From contig JACDBX010000045.1 of the NCBI GenBank assembly GCA_013694695.1, positions 1-57,467 of the forward strand: 57,467 nucleotides of DNA, written 5' to 3'. Below the pieces are notes generated by a model, which saw only the letters and a list, made by a program, of their open reading frames with translations, had not been told where the DNA came from and searched no databases. The position numbers and the translations under genes were made by a program. The DNA comes from Gemmatimonadales bacterium (GTDB taxonomy: Bacteria > Gemmatimonadota > Gemmatimonadetes > Gemmatimonadales > GWC2-71-9). Below are positions 9,153 through 18,848 of the stretch, one piece after another (positions within the stretch are counted from its first letter, which is position 1; every line of letters begins with the position of its first letter).

Positions 9153-10033
9153 AGGCCCAGCTCCATTGGCACCGGCTCATCGCCGCGCCAGTCATAGAAT
9201 CCCTGCCCGCTCTTGCGACCCGTATAGCCGGCGCTCACCATCCGCCGCAGCAGCGGTGGCGGAGCGTAGCGCGTCTCGCGGTACTGGTCGAACATGATGT
9301 CCGCGATCCGGACGACGGTATCAAGCCCGACGAAATCGAGGAGCGTGAGCGGTCCCATCGGATGGCCCGCACCCAGGTGCATCGCGGCATCGAGATCGGC
9401 GATCGTCGCGACCCCCCGCTCGAGTGCGCGCACGGCATCGAGAAGATACGGCACGAGCAGCAGGTTGACGATGAATCCCGACTCGTCGCGGGCGACCACC
9501 GCAGTCTTCCCCACCGCGCCGACGAACGTGGTGGCGACCTCCAGCGCACGGGCGCTGGTGCGAACGGAGCGCACCACCTCGACCAGCGCCATCATCGGGA
9601 CGGGATTGAAGAAGTGCAGCCCGAGCATGCGTTCGGGGTGCTGCAAGCCCGCTGCCTGCTCGACCACCGACAGCGACGACGTGTTGGTGGCGAAGACGCA
9701 ATCATCGCGACAGATCGACTCGAGCGCACGCCAGAGAGCCTGCTTGGGGGCGAGGTCCTCGACGATAGCCTCGATCACGAGATCACAATCGTGCAGCGCA
9801 TCCAGGGATGTCGCCAGCATCAGGCGCTCCAGCGCGGCATCGCGCGCTTCAGGGGCCAACGTGCCCTTGGCCACGAACCGGTCGAGTGAACGCGTGATGC
9901 CAGCCACGGCGCGCGGACGCTGCGCAGCGTCATGCTCGAAGAGCCGCACGCTCATCCCCGCGGTCGCCGCAACCTGCGCGATGCCCGATCCCATCAGGCC
10001 GCCACCGGCAACTCCCACCACCTGGGTGGTCAT
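9149..10033 (-). CDS. 3-hydroxyacyl(butyryl)-CoA dehydrogenase
   Basis: GGGLMGSGIA, EAIVE, NTSSL, GLHFFNP, HPMGPLTLLDFVGLD, GRKSGQGFY. Confidence 0.94.
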   Translation of the reverse strand: MTTQVVGVAGGGLMGSGIAQVAATAGMSVRLFEHDAAQRPRAVAGITRSLDRFVAKGTLAPEARDAALERLMLATSLDALHDCDLVIEAIVEDLAPKQALWRALESICRDDCVFATNTSSLSVVEQAAGLQHPERMLGLHFFNPVPMMALVEVVRSVRTSARALEVATTFVGAVGKTAVVARDESGFIVNLLLVPYLLDAVRALERGVATIADLDAAMHLGAGHPMGPLTLLDFVGLDTVVRIADIMFDQYRETRYAPPPLLRRMVSAGYTGRKSGQGFYDWRGDEPVPMELGL

Positions 10034-10887
10034 TTCTCGAGCGCCCGGCGCACTTCGGTGCTGATCTCGCGCACCACCTCGCCCACCCCTCGCGCGATCC
10101 GACCTGGCGGGCCAACGGGATGTGGTCCCGGAAGGGCCGGGTTGCGCTCGAGCGCATCAAGTGCGCGTTCAAGTCCGAGCTGCGCCCGGTGCGCCACAGG
10201 TCGATATGCGCGCGCCGCGAACCACGCGGTACCCAAGCCGCCGATCACCGGGATGAGCGGGACAAGCAGGGCCGACCCGACCAACGCGACGCCGCCTGCG
10301 CCCAGGAGCCCAGCGGTGGCCAGCGCGCTGGCGCCGCCGATGTAGCTGGTGCGGGTGGATCGCAGGGTGGCCGCAAGCGAGACATGACAGAATCCCGCCT
10401 CGAGAGGCGTCACGACCGCCGCGACGAGTTCCGCCCGGCCGAGGTAGGGCCGGTTGTGGCCGCCCCGCAGCGCCGAGCTCATGCGACGCATCGCGCCAGC
10501 CAGCGCGTGCATCGGCTCGAAGGTTGTCCGGCCGATCGTGGCCCGCTGGACCACGAAGTGCTCATGGATGTCGAGCCACTGGGACAGCGCCGTCAGGATG
10601 GCGGCCTGGCTTCCCTGCACCACGCGTTCTGCGCTCAGCTCCGCGACACCCACCAACCGGTCAACGACGGTTTCCGGCGCCGCCACCACGGCACGGGTTC
10701 GCTCCTCGAGCAGTGCCTGCTTCAGCGCCTGAACGGGAATGCCCACCTCTTCGCCAAGCGCCAGGATCTCGTCCTCGGTAAGTCCCTCGCCAATGTCGCG
10801 CGAGGTCGCCTGGATCTCAGCGGCGCGCTGCAGCACCCGGTCGAATGTGGTGCGGTCGATCCGCGCCGGAAGGCGATTGTCGGTCAC
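10030..10887 (-). CDS. hypothetical membrane protein
   Basis: GTGA and ATGA overlaps at both ends; two C-terminal TM helices. Confidence 0.72.
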   Translation of the reverse strand: MTDNRLPARIDRTTFDRVLQRAAEIQATSRDIGEGLTEDEILALGEEVGIPVQALKQALLEERTRAVVAAPETVVDRLVGVAELSAERVVQGSQAAILTALSQWLDIHEHFVVQRATIGRTTFEPMHALAGAMRRMSSALRGGHNRPYLGRAELVAAVVTPLEAGFCHVSLAATLRSTRTSYIGGASALATAGLLGAGGVALVGSALLVPLIPVIGGLGTAWFAARAYRPVAHRAQLGLERALDALERNPALPGPHPVGPPGRIARGVGEVVREISTEVRRALEK

Positions 10888-12077
10888 GTCCCGAGTCCCT
10901 CGATGATGACCGCGATCCCCTGCCCGCCACCAATGCATGCCGCGCCGAGCCCGAGTCCACCACCGCGAGCGCGGAGCGCGTGGAGCAGGTGCGAGATGAT
11001 CCGCGCCCCGCTCGCGGCGAGTGGATGGCCGATCGCGATTGCGCCCCCGTGCACGTTGGTGCGGGTGCGGTCGAGTCCGAGTTCGCGCTCCACCGCGATG
11101 TACTGCGCGGCAAACGCCTCATTGATCTCCACGAGGTGCATCGCATCAATCGACAGCCCGGCCATCGCCATGGCCTTGCGGGCGGCCGGCACCGGCCCGA
11201 TCCCCATGATGTCGGGAGGGACGCCCGCCACGCCCCACGCGACCAGCCGGCCAAGGGGGACGAGCCCGTGTGCCCGGGCGGTGTCGGCGGTGGTCATCAC
11301 CATCATCGCCGCACCGTCGTTGATACCCGAGGCGGTGCCCGCCGTGACCGTCCCGCCTTCGCGGAAGAGTGCCGGCAACCGCGCAAGCGACTCCGACGAT
11401 GTCTCGGCACGGATGTGCTCGTCGGCAGCCCATGCGGAATCCTGTTTGGTGCGGCGATCGCGCACCGGCACGGGGATCACCTCGTCCCGGAATACGCCAG
11501 CGTGCCAGGCCGCGTGGGCGCGCGCGTGCGACGCGATCGCGATCTCCTCGCATTCGGCGCGAGTGATCCCGTGGCGCGCGGCGAGGTTCTCCGCGGTGTC
11601 GGCCATGGTGCACCCGGCGTGTGCGTCCCGCAGCCCCTCGAACAACGAGTCCTCCAGTGGTGGCGGTGCGCCGTAGCGAATACCCCAGCGCGCGCCGCGA
11701 AGCACGTGCGGGGCCTGGCTCAGCGACTCGGTGCCCCCCGCCAGCACTGCGGTGGCCTCGCCCAGGAGGAGCCGGTGCGCACCCTGCACTGCCGCCTCGA
11801 ATCCCGAGCCGCAAAGGCGATTCACCGTGACCGCCGGCGTCTCGACCGGAAGTCCGGCACGCAGGGCCACATGGCGCGCGCAATACATCGCGTCCCGCGA
11901 TGTCTGCAGGGCGTTGCCGATGATGGCGTGATCGATGTGGGAGGGATCGAGACCGGACCGCGCGACGGCCGACTCAGCCGCGAGCACACCGAGGTCGGTG
12001 GCGGTCAGCTCCTTGAGTGTGCCACCGAACGAACCGAAACCGGTGCGGACCGCCGAGGCGAATACGATGTCTTCCAT
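10884..12077 (-). CDS. acetyl-CoA C-acyltransferase (thiolase)
   Basis: NRLCGSG, NEAFA, GHPLAASG, ACIGGGQG. Confidence 0.95.
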   Translation of the reverse strand: MEDIVFASAVRTGFGSFGGTLKELTATDLGVLAAESAVARSGLDPSHIDHAIIGNALQTSRDAMYCARHVALRAGLPVETPAVTVNRLCGSGFEAAVQGAHRLLLGEATAVLAGGTESLSQAPHVLRGARWGIRYGAPPPLEDSLFEGLRDAHAGCTMADTAENLAARHGITRAECEEIAIASHARAHAAWHAGVFRDEVIPVPVRDRRTKQDSAWAADEHIRAETSSESLARLPALFREGGTVTAGTASGINDGAAMMVMTTADTARAHGLVPLGRLVAWGVAGVPPDIMGIGPVPAARKAMAMAGLSIDAMHLVEINEAFAAQYIAVERELGLDRTRTNVHGGAIAIGHPLAASGARIISHLLHALRARGGGLGLGAACIGGGQGIAVIIEGLGT

Positions 12078-12125
12078 GCGGGAAATAAAGCGAAAAAACC
12101 GGACAACGTGGATCGTCGCCCGCGA

Positions 12126-12890
12126 TCAGGCATCCTTGTTGACCCGGATGCCGCATTCGGGGCAGTGCTTCCAGGCACGTTCGACCGCGGTCCCGCAGGC
12201 CCCGCATGCGGGCGGTTGCTGAGATGCGCCACAAAACGGACAGAACTTCACCGCCCGCTCGGTCGGCAACTCCTCGGTGCAGCTCCAGCAGGCCGCCTCG
12301 GGGGGAACGAACGCCGCAGGGCCGGTGAGGTAGGCTGGCGGGGGTCCGGGCGTCGCGGTGGGCGGCGCCACCCGGGTGGCGTCGCGCGCGACCGGAAGCG
12401 GGATCACGTCGGAGAATGGCTTCGGGTCCCCGGCGTCGGCGTCGGCGTCGGCGTCAGGAACGGTGGGTTCGGCGGCGGGGTTTGTTGATGGGGTCGATCC
12501 CATGGCCCGCCACTTTTCGTTGGCCTCCGCCCTCGCCTCGCCGAACGATGCATCCGCAAGCCGGGCCTGCGCATCATCGGTGAGCGTCAGTTCGGCCGAG
12601 CGCAGCAGGCGCAGGGTGTCGAGATCGGGGATGCGATCAGCCATCGTGGCGCGGGCCATCTCGCCTGCCTCCTCCGGATGCGTGGTCGCGAGTCCTTCCT
12701 CCCCTGCGATGAGGCGCAGCACCAGCGCCTCGTAATCCTCACTGATGTCGATGCCGAGCAGGCGACGGGCGGTCCGGTAGGGCATGGTGCGATCGAGCAG
12801 CGTGCCGACATCGATCGGTCCGCCACCCGCGCCACCGTCGGCCCGCCATTGCACGAGCAGCGCGGCGACAAATCGTTCGAGGTCGGTCAC
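12126..12890 (-). CDS. double zinc-ribbon domain protein
   Basis: Four C-terminal CxxC pairs (CWSC, CPFC, CGAC, CPEC) after a Pro/Ala linker. Confidence 0.8.
   Translation of the reverse strand: MTDLERFVAALLVQWRADGGAGGGPIDVGTLLDRTMPYRTARRLLGIDISEDYEALVLRLIAGEEGLATTHPEEAGEMARATMADRIPDLDTLRLLRSAELTLTDDAQARLADASFGEARAEANEKWRAMGSTPSTNPAAEPTVPDADADADAGDPKPFSDVIPLPVARDATRVAPPTATPGPPPAYLTGPAAFVPPEAACWSCTEELPTERAVKFCPFCGASQQPPACGACGTAVERAWKHCPECGIRVNKDA
12431..12454. repeat. in-frame hexamer tandem repeat (CGGCGT)4
   Basis: Encodes the DADADADA linker. Confidence 0.8.
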
Positions 12891-13519
12891 GATCCCTCCG
12901 AGCGCGCAAAGCGGTCGTCATCGAGCAGTCGTTGCTCAATGGTCCCGAACGCAGCATCGGCATCGTAGCCCGGGAACTTGCCCTTCGCCACCCGCTCGGC
13001 GAGCCACGCGTCGTATCCCGACGCCACCAGGCCCTCGGAGGTCCGCTGGGTGGTGGCGGCGAGCACGGCAAGATCGTTGGCGTACTCGTTCTTGGGATGC
13101 CCGGCGTGGCCGCGCACCCAGGTGAACTGAGCGTCGTGCAGGGGGAGCGAAGCCCAGAGTGCACGCCAGAGCTCGAGGTTCTCGATCACCCCGCCCTTGC
13201 GAACCCATCCGCGCGCCTTCCAGCCCGGAGCCCACTCGCGAATCCCTTTCACCAGGTACTCCGAATCGGATACCAGCAGCACCCGCATCCGGTTTCCCTT
13301 GCCGGCAAGCAACTGGAGTACGGCGATCGCGCCGGCGAGGGCCATGCGATTGTTGGTGGTCGAGGGAGCGTGCAGGAAGAAATCGCGGCGCTCCACCCCA
13401 CTACCGGTGCGCACCTCGACCAGTCCACCGCTGCCGCCGGGGTTGTCCCCAGCACGGCCGTTCCCGAGGCAGCTCTCATCGAGATGCACGACAGCCGCCC
13501 GTGTCGCCGGAGCGCTCAC
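12887..13519 (-). CDS. rnhA: ribonuclease HI-family protein with variant active site
   Basis: DESCLGN, TTNNRM, SDSEY, W..GW...GW, NLELW, WVRGHAGHPKNE. Confidence 0.88.
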   Translation of the reverse strand: MSAPATRAAVVHLDESCLGNGRAGDNPGGSGGLVEVRTGSGVERRDFFLHAPSTTNNRMALAGAIAVLQLLAGKGNRMRVLLVSDSEYLVKGIREWAPGWKARGWVRKGGVIENLELWRALWASLPLHDAQFTWVRGHAGHPKNEYANDLAVLAATTQRTSEGLVASGYDAWLAERVAKGKFPGYDADAAFGTIEQRLLDDDRFARSEGS

Positions 13520-13743
13520 GTCTCGATGACCTGGAAGTGGTCGAGTTCGGCGAGGACGAACACGAGCTCCTCGCCGGTCATCGCGAGGTAGGCACTGAGT
13601 GCGTCGCGCCCGCGCGACGTCGTGAGGGCGGATGCAACGACCACGTACTCGTTGCCTCGGCGCCGGAGCGACACCCGCTTGCGGCGGAGCACCGCGTGTT
13701 CAAGCTGTTCCATGCGCTCCGGGGTCCATCGGAAGGTGCCCAT
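13516..13743 (-). CDS. small hypothetical protein
   Basis: 75 aa; TAACTT 6 nt before the ATG; stop overlaps the rnhA start. Confidence 0.65.
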   Translation of the reverse strand: MGTFRWTPERMEQLEHAVLRRKRVSLRRRGNEYVVVASALTTSRGRDALSAYLAMTGEELVFVLAELDHFQVIET

Positions 13744-13766
13744 GCCGGGAAGTTAGCGCCCCGATG

Positions 13767-13800
13767 CGCGATGCGCCCCGGGGATCCGGGGCGCATCGTG
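13767..13800. terminator. GC-rich hairpin downstream of the histone-like gene
   Basis: CGATGCGCCCCGG-GGAT-CCGGGGCGCATCG, 13-bp perfect stem; no U tract. Confidence 0.55.
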
Positions 13801-13819
13801 ATGGCTCGAACTACCGGGA

Positions 13820-14653
13820 TCAGCGGCGACGACCGGTCGCCTTCTTCACGCGCTTCACGGCCTTCTTCGCGGCATTCTTCGTGGCCGACCGCGCCGGAGC
13901 GGTCGCACGCTTCGCCGACTTCTTCATCGACTTCGCGGTCGACCTGGCGCTGGTCGTTGCCCGCGTCGCGGTGCGCTTGGCCGCCTTCTTCGTTGACCTG
14001 GCCGTGGACCTGACCGTCGCCTTGGCACTCTTGACCGCGCGCTTGGCCGACTTCTTCGCCGACTTGGCCGTGGACTTGGCCGTTGACTTCGCGCTCGCCT
14101 TGGCGCTCGTGGCGGTGCGCTTGACCGTGGCCTTTGCGCTTTTCGCCACCGACGCGGTCGACCTCGCACCCTTCTTCCGGGTGGTCCGGGCTGCGCCGGA
14201 CACCTTCGAGACCAGACTCGACGCTGCGTCCTTCACCGCGGCGGATGAATCGCTCGCCGCACGGCCGACCTTCTTCCGGACCAACTTCGCGTCCTTCACC
14301 GCCTCCTTGCGCACCTTCTGCATGGTGCGTCCGACTTCCTTCTTCACCGCCTTCACGTCCTTGCGCACTTCCTTGCCCACACTCTTCGCGGCTTTCGTCC
14401 CGGCCTTGCGGGCGTCAGTGAGCATCCGGCCGGCGGCGTCGGACGATTTCTCCGCGATGTTCGAGGCGGCGGCGGCAACCGACGCCGCGGCGCTGGCGAC
14501 GACCGACGGCTTCTTGCGCACGCGGCGCTTGGGGGCCGGCAGGCCACCCGGGGCGGGTTCTGGGATGTTCAGTGGCACGGGCGCTCTCTGGACAGCGTTG
14601 GGTTTCTCGAGTGAGCCATACTGGAATTCAAACGTATCATCAGGCATCTCCAT
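13820..14653 (-). CDS. Lys/Ala-rich histone H1-like protein
   Basis: ATG 14653 with GGAG SD; long STAK/SAKK/KKAAK low-complexity basic region. Confidence 0.75.
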   Translation of the reverse strand: MEMPDDTFEFQYGSLEKPNAVQRAPVPLNIPEPAPGGLPAPKRRVRKKPSVVASAAASVAAAASNIAEKSSDAAGRMLTDARKAGTKAAKSVGKEVRKDVKAVKKEVGRTMQKVRKEAVKDAKLVRKKVGRAASDSSAAVKDAASSLVSKVSGAARTTRKKGARSTASVAKSAKATVKRTATSAKASAKSTAKSTAKSAKKSAKRAVKSAKATVRSTARSTKKAAKRTATRATTSARSTAKSMKKSAKRATAPARSATKNAAKKAVKRVKKATGRRR

Positions 14654-14734
14654 GAAACGCTCCTGCTCTGTCCAGTGGATGTGGTCGGGTTGCGACCCAC
14701 GGACAACATCGCCCGGGGGCGCACGCGACGCGGT

Positions 14735-14759
14735 TGACGCGCTATAATATGTCGCGTCA
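14735..14759. promoter_or_regulatory. inverted repeat enclosing overlapping divergent -10 boxes
   Basis: TGACGCG-N11-CGCGTCA with TATAAT (+, 14743-14748) and TATTAT (-) inside. Confidence 0.5.
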
Positions 14760-14794
14760 CGCTCCTCCTTCTGCAAGGTGTGGTCACACCCACG

Positions 14795-15838
14795 ATGCGC
14801 GCACTCTGCCTCACCGCGACCCGCGGAACCGACCACCTCGCCCTGTGCGACATGCCCGTTCCCGCCCTCACAGACCCTGGCGAGGTTCGGGTGGCGATCA
14901 AGACGGTTGCCCTCAACCACCTCGACCTGTGGGTGGCCGAAGGGCTCCCGGCAGTGCCCATCAAAAGTTTCCCGCACGTTGTCGGTGCAGACGGAGCCGG
15001 GGTGGTGACGGAATGTGGCGCAGCCGTGACCCACGTCTCCGTGGGTGATCGCGTGGTGATCAATCCCGGGATCTCGTGCGGCCACTGCGAGGCATGCATC
15101 GCCCTCGACGAGCCGTTTTGCCGAGAGTTCGCACTTCTCGGCGAGCACCGCCATGGCACGGCCGCCGAGCAGGTGGTGCTGCCGGGTCGCAACGTGCTCC
15201 GGATCGAGGGAGAGTGGAGCTGGGCCGAGGCAGCGGCGTTCTCGCTGGTCACCCTCACCGCCTGGCGAATGCTCGCGCATCGTGCCCGTATCAAGGCGGG
15301 AGAGGTGGTTCTCATCTGGGGCGCGGGCGGTGGCGTGGCCCTGCAGGCGCTGCAGATTGCCCGTCACCTTGGCGCCCGCGTCGCGGTGACCTCGTCGTCC
15401 GATGCCAAGCTCGCGCAGACCACTGCGCTCGGCGCCGAATTGCTGATCAACCATCGCGAAGAACCCGACGTCCCCGCCGCCGTGAGGACACATTTCGGGC
15501 GACGGGCGGATGTGGTGGTCGACACCGTGGGGGCGCCGACCTGGGCTCGCTCGCTCAAGGCACTGCGACCCGGTGGGAGGTACGTGACGTGCGGGGCCAC
15601 AGGTGGGCACGATGTCGCACTTGACCTGCGCCGACTCTTCTGGTTCCAGTGGTCGATCCTGGGGTCGACCATGGGAAGCTCGGTGGAGTTTGGCGAGATC
15701 GTCTCACTCGGAAACCGGGGACTGCTGCGCCCGGTGATCGATGCTGTCTATCCGCTCGCCGAGGGAGCCGACGCATATCGGCGTTTGGGCGACGCGCAGC
15801 AATTCGGAAAACTCGTTCTCGAGGTGGATCGTGACTGA
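14795..15838 (+). CDS. zinc-binding alcohol dehydrogenase family protein
   Basis: LNHLD, PHVVGADGAG, CGHCEAC..C, GAGGGV. Confidence 0.92.
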   Translation: MRALCLTATRGTDHLALCDMPVPALTDPGEVRVAIKTVALNHLDLWVAEGLPAVPIKSFPHVVGADGAGVVTECGAAVTHVSVGDRVVINPGISCGHCEACIALDEPFCREFALLGEHRHGTAAEQVVLPGRNVLRIEGEWSWAEAAAFSLVTLTAWRMLAHRARIKAGEVVLIWGAGGGVALQALQIARHLGARVAVTSSSDAKLAQTTALGAELLINHREEPDVPAAVRTHFGRRADVVVDTVGAPTWARSLKALRPGGRYVTCGATGGHDVALDLRRLFWFQWSILGSTMGSSVEFGEIVSLGNRGLLRPVIDAVYPLAEGADAYRRLGDAQQFGKLVLEVDRD

Positions 15839-16538
15839 CATCCTGGATCGCCTGCAAACTGGCGCCCTGCAACTGTGGTTCGTCCTCCCGGCCATTCTGG
15901 GCGCGATCATCATCCTCCTCGCAGGCTACTTCCTTGCCCGCCAAGTCGAGAAGTGGGTCGACAACACCCTCAAGCGCCTCGACTTCAACCGGGTCGCCGA
16001 GGAGGGCGGACTGCGCGAGGTGGTCGACCGGACCGGGGCACGTCTCGATCCCGTACATGCAGTGGGCAAGCTGGTCTTCTGGCTGGTGATGCTCGTCGTG
16101 ATCCTGCTGGCCTCGGCGGCGCTCGGGCTGGAGAGCATCAACGAGATGTTCGGGATCATGATCTCGTTCATCCCGACCCTGATCGCGGCGATCGTGATCG
16201 TGATCCTGGGGATGCTGGTCGGCGAGTTCGTGCGCAGCGTCATCCTCGCCTCCGCGGGCCACGTCGAGGGCGTACCTACGCTTGCCAACGTGGCGAAGGC
16301 ATCAGTGGTGCTCATCTCGATTTTCATGGCGCTGCAGCAACTCGGTGTGGCCGAGGAGATCGTCACGTCGGCGTTCAGCCTGATTCTGGGTGCCGTGGCG
16401 CTGGCGGTGGGACTGGCGTTCGGGCTCGGCAACACCAAGCTCGCCGGCGAGATCACCCGCCGCTGGTACGATGACAATCGTGACCCGCCGCACCGTGATA
16501 ATCATCTGCGGCGGGACGACAGCCGCATGGAGCCCTAG
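15831..16538 (+). CDS. CmpX-like mechanosensitive-channel TM-helix protein
   Basis: Repeated P.ilgAiiIll.G helices, ALQQLGV, LAFGLG. Confidence 0.8.
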   Translation: MTDILDRLQTGALQLWFVLPAILGAIIILLAGYFLARQVEKWVDNTLKRLDFNRVAEEGGLREVVDRTGARLDPVHAVGKLVFWLVMLVVILLASAALGLESINEMFGIMISFIPTLIAAIVIVILGMLVGEFVRSVILASAGHVEGVPTLANVAKASVVLISIFMALQQLGVAEEIVTSAFSLILGAVALAVGLAFGLGNTKLAGEITRRWYDDNRDPPHRDNHLRRDDSRMEP

Positions 16539-17635
16539 CGGCGCTCGGTTCGAGCGGCGACCACCTGTTCGGGAACGAGGTAGCGAAGCAGGCGCACGCC
16601 ACCGGGAAATTGCTCGGCAAGCAACAGGTGGGATCCGTCGAATCCCAGTGCATTGCCCCGGCTCGGCGCGACGACTCGCCGAATCACGCCGTCGCCATCG
16701 ACCACCTGGAAGGCGCGGGTCGAGTCGAGCGCGAGTCCGTTCTTCTCGATCAGGAACATCCCCGGTCGCATCGGCATCACCGCCTCGAACGGCGGCTTGA
16801 GCGCGGCGAAGGGGAGCTGCCGCGCGGTCGCACGGTATTCCTCCGGAAACCGGTTGATGTGCATCTGGCGGTCCATCTCCTGCACCGGGAGTATCGGGTC
16901 GGGGAGGCGCACGCTCTTCCGTGTTTTAGCGCCGCCCGGCGGATGCCACTCGATCTGGTTCTGGTCAACTCGCGCGATCCACAGCGTGCCGTCACGCTCC
17001 ACCCCCCACTGATCGTGGCCAGCGAGCGCGAGCCGGAGCATGCGGGTCCCCCCGGGCGTGGCCACCTCGGCGAGGTCCACCGGCGCAAGGAATGCCAGGG
17101 TATCGAACCGGGTCAGCATCGCATCGCTGCGCACCACCGCAGCACTGTCGCCCAGACCGCGACCCTCGGGACCGGGTGGCGGTCCGATCTCGAAGTACCA
17201 CTGACCGGCCGCATCGCGCGCCCGGGGGAATGCGCCGACGAGCGCGTCTGGTGCCGGATGGGAATCAACCGGTGTGCCCGCCGGCAACCATGACGTGAAG
17301 CGCCGCGTGCTCCAGTCGCCGACGATCACAGTGTCGCCGATCGCCGTGAGGACCGTTGGCCCGGGCGACGGCGCGTCAGGAGATCCCGCGAAGGGCGTCG
17401 CGGTCCGGTTGGTGAAGTCGATCACCCGTACCGCACCCTCTTCCGGCGCCAGCACCACCCAGCGACCGTCGCTGAGCGGTGCAGCCGCCGATACTCCGAC
17501 CACTGGCACCACCACGGTGTCGGCGGTCGGCGCGAGCAGCACTTCGGGCGGCGGAGGCGCGGGCTTGCTGCACGCCGACAGCGCAACCGCAGTGGCCAGC
17601 CCGAGCAGGCCCGGGATCGCGCGCGGAACTCTCAT
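16535..17635 (-). CDS. hypothetical lipoprotein (probable beta-propeller)
   Basis: Lipobox LSAC; ATG 17635 overlaps the upstream TGA. Confidence 0.72.
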   Translation of the reverse strand: MRVPRAIPGLLGLATAVALSACSKPAPPPPEVLLAPTADTVVVPVVGVSAAAPLSDGRWVVLAPEEGAVRVIDFTNRTATPFAGSPDAPSPGPTVLTAIGDTVIVGDWSTRRFTSWLPAGTPVDSHPAPDALVGAFPRARDAAGQWYFEIGPPPGPEGRGLGDSAAVVRSDAMLTRFDTLAFLAPVDLAEVATPGGTRMLRLALAGHDQWGVERDGTLWIARVDQNQIEWHPPGGAKTRKSVRLPDPILPVQEMDRQMHINRFPEEYRATARQLPFAALKPPFEAVMPMRPGMFLIEKNGLALDSTRAFQVVDGDGVIRRVVAPSRGNALGFDGSHLLLAEQFPGGVRLLRYLVPEQVVAARTERR

Positions 17636-18651
17636 GGGACCAGCTGCACGGCGCGCGCCGGCACCGGTACGCGTCCGATGGTGTTGAGGTCGGAGCCGTA
17701 CCAGATCATGCGTGTCGGCGCGTGGAATACCATGTGACGGATCGTATTGGCCGCTGCATCGCCGACCGGTTGCTGCACGGTGAACTGCCGGGTGCGGGAA
17801 TCGAAGGCAACCATCCGATTGGGCTTCACCCCGGTCTCCACGTACCAGAGTCGGTCCTGGTCGTCCACGGTCATCGCGTAGGGCAGTGCCAAAGGCCCGG
17901 CGGGACTGGTCCATTCATCAACGCGGCGTGAGGCCGGGTCGAGCCGACCGAGATATCCCCGCGCATAGTCGACATACCATATCGCGTCGTCGGACGTGAT
18001 CGCGATGCGGCGGGGCCGTGCACCCTCGGGCAGGGTGTACTCCACCAGCTTGAGCGTGGCCGGATCGATCATGGCCAGTCGGTTGGTGCCGAACTCGCAG
18101 AACCAGGGTCGTCCGCGAGAATCGATCGAGATGCCGTACGGTCGGCTCCGATCGGCGTCCACCCTGATGAGATCGATTTTCCCGGTGGCCGTCGCGAGGC
18201 GGCCAGCATGGCCGGCCTGCTGCGCCGTGAACCAGATGTGACCCTTCCCGTCGAACACCAGCGTGTGCGGATCACCGACCGAGTTGTCGGGCATCGGGTA
18301 GCGGGTGATGGCTCCGGTTGTTGGGTCGAGGCGCCCGATCATCCCGTTGCGATTGCCGGCAAACCACACCATTCCTGCCTGGTCGACGATCTGGTTGTGC
18401 GGATTGGTGCCGGAATCGATCTCGAACCGGGTGAACTCGCCTGAGCGGGGATCGAGGTTCGCGATGTAATTCCCCACCTGCCCCACGAACCACACCTTGC
18501 CATCGGGGGCGACGAACGGATCTCGTGGTCGCGAGCGCTCCCACGGCACCTCCCATTCCTGCACCGCGAGGTTGGACTGCTGGGCCGCGCCAGGTGTGGG
18601 CAGGAACGCCGCGGCGACAATCATCGCGAGGGTGCTGGTCATGGTGCGCAT
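17632..18651 (-). CDS. secreted Vgb (virginiamycin B lyase)-like beta-propeller
   Basis: Signal peptide; repeated P..i..d.dG.vWF blades; GGAG SD. Confidence 0.85.
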   Translation of the reverse strand: MRTMTSTLAMIVAAAFLPTPGAAQQSNLAVQEWEVPWERSRPRDPFVAPDGKVWFVGQVGNYIANLDPRSGEFTRFEIDSGTNPHNQIVDQAGMVWFAGNRNGMIGRLDPTTGAITRYPMPDNSVGDPHTLVFDGKGHIWFTAQQAGHAGRLATATGKIDLIRVDADRSRPYGISIDSRGRPWFCEFGTNRLAMIDPATLKLVEYTLPEGARPRRIAITSDDAIWYVDYARGYLGRLDPASRRVDEWTSPAGPLALPYAMTVDDQDRLWYVETGVKPNRMVAFDSRTRQFTVQQPVGDAAANTIRHMVFHAPTRMIWYGSDLNTIGRVPVPARAVQLVP

Positions 18652-18848
18652 ATGGACTCCTCCCGGAATGATCCACTCTCGATTCACCCAATCTACGGCC
18701 TTTGCGACGCAGGGGATTCGCACCTGTGCAGACGTGTGCAGCGCCGTTCGGGGCCGCCGTCTCCCCCAAAACCGGGGCCAACGGCTGCGCTCCCGACGCA
18801 TCGCATCCCGGTGCGGCTACCCGCAGCCGACCATAGATGAGGGCAACG

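Noticed and set aside
13632-14747. 371-aa hydrophobic plus-strand ORF that looks like a membrane protein
   Set aside because: Reverse complement of the Lys/Ala codons of the histone-like gene, which has an SD and promoter
14654-15610. N-terminal 319 aa of the 596-aa ORF
   Set aside because: Antisense to the alcohol dehydrogenase; the real start is ATG 14653
17632-18651. vgb as a streptogramin-resistance gene (likewise the MFS at 43036 as tetA)
   Set aside because: Only fold-level resemblance; the Vgb-like protein has a signal peptide, and neither gene has a mobile or tetR context
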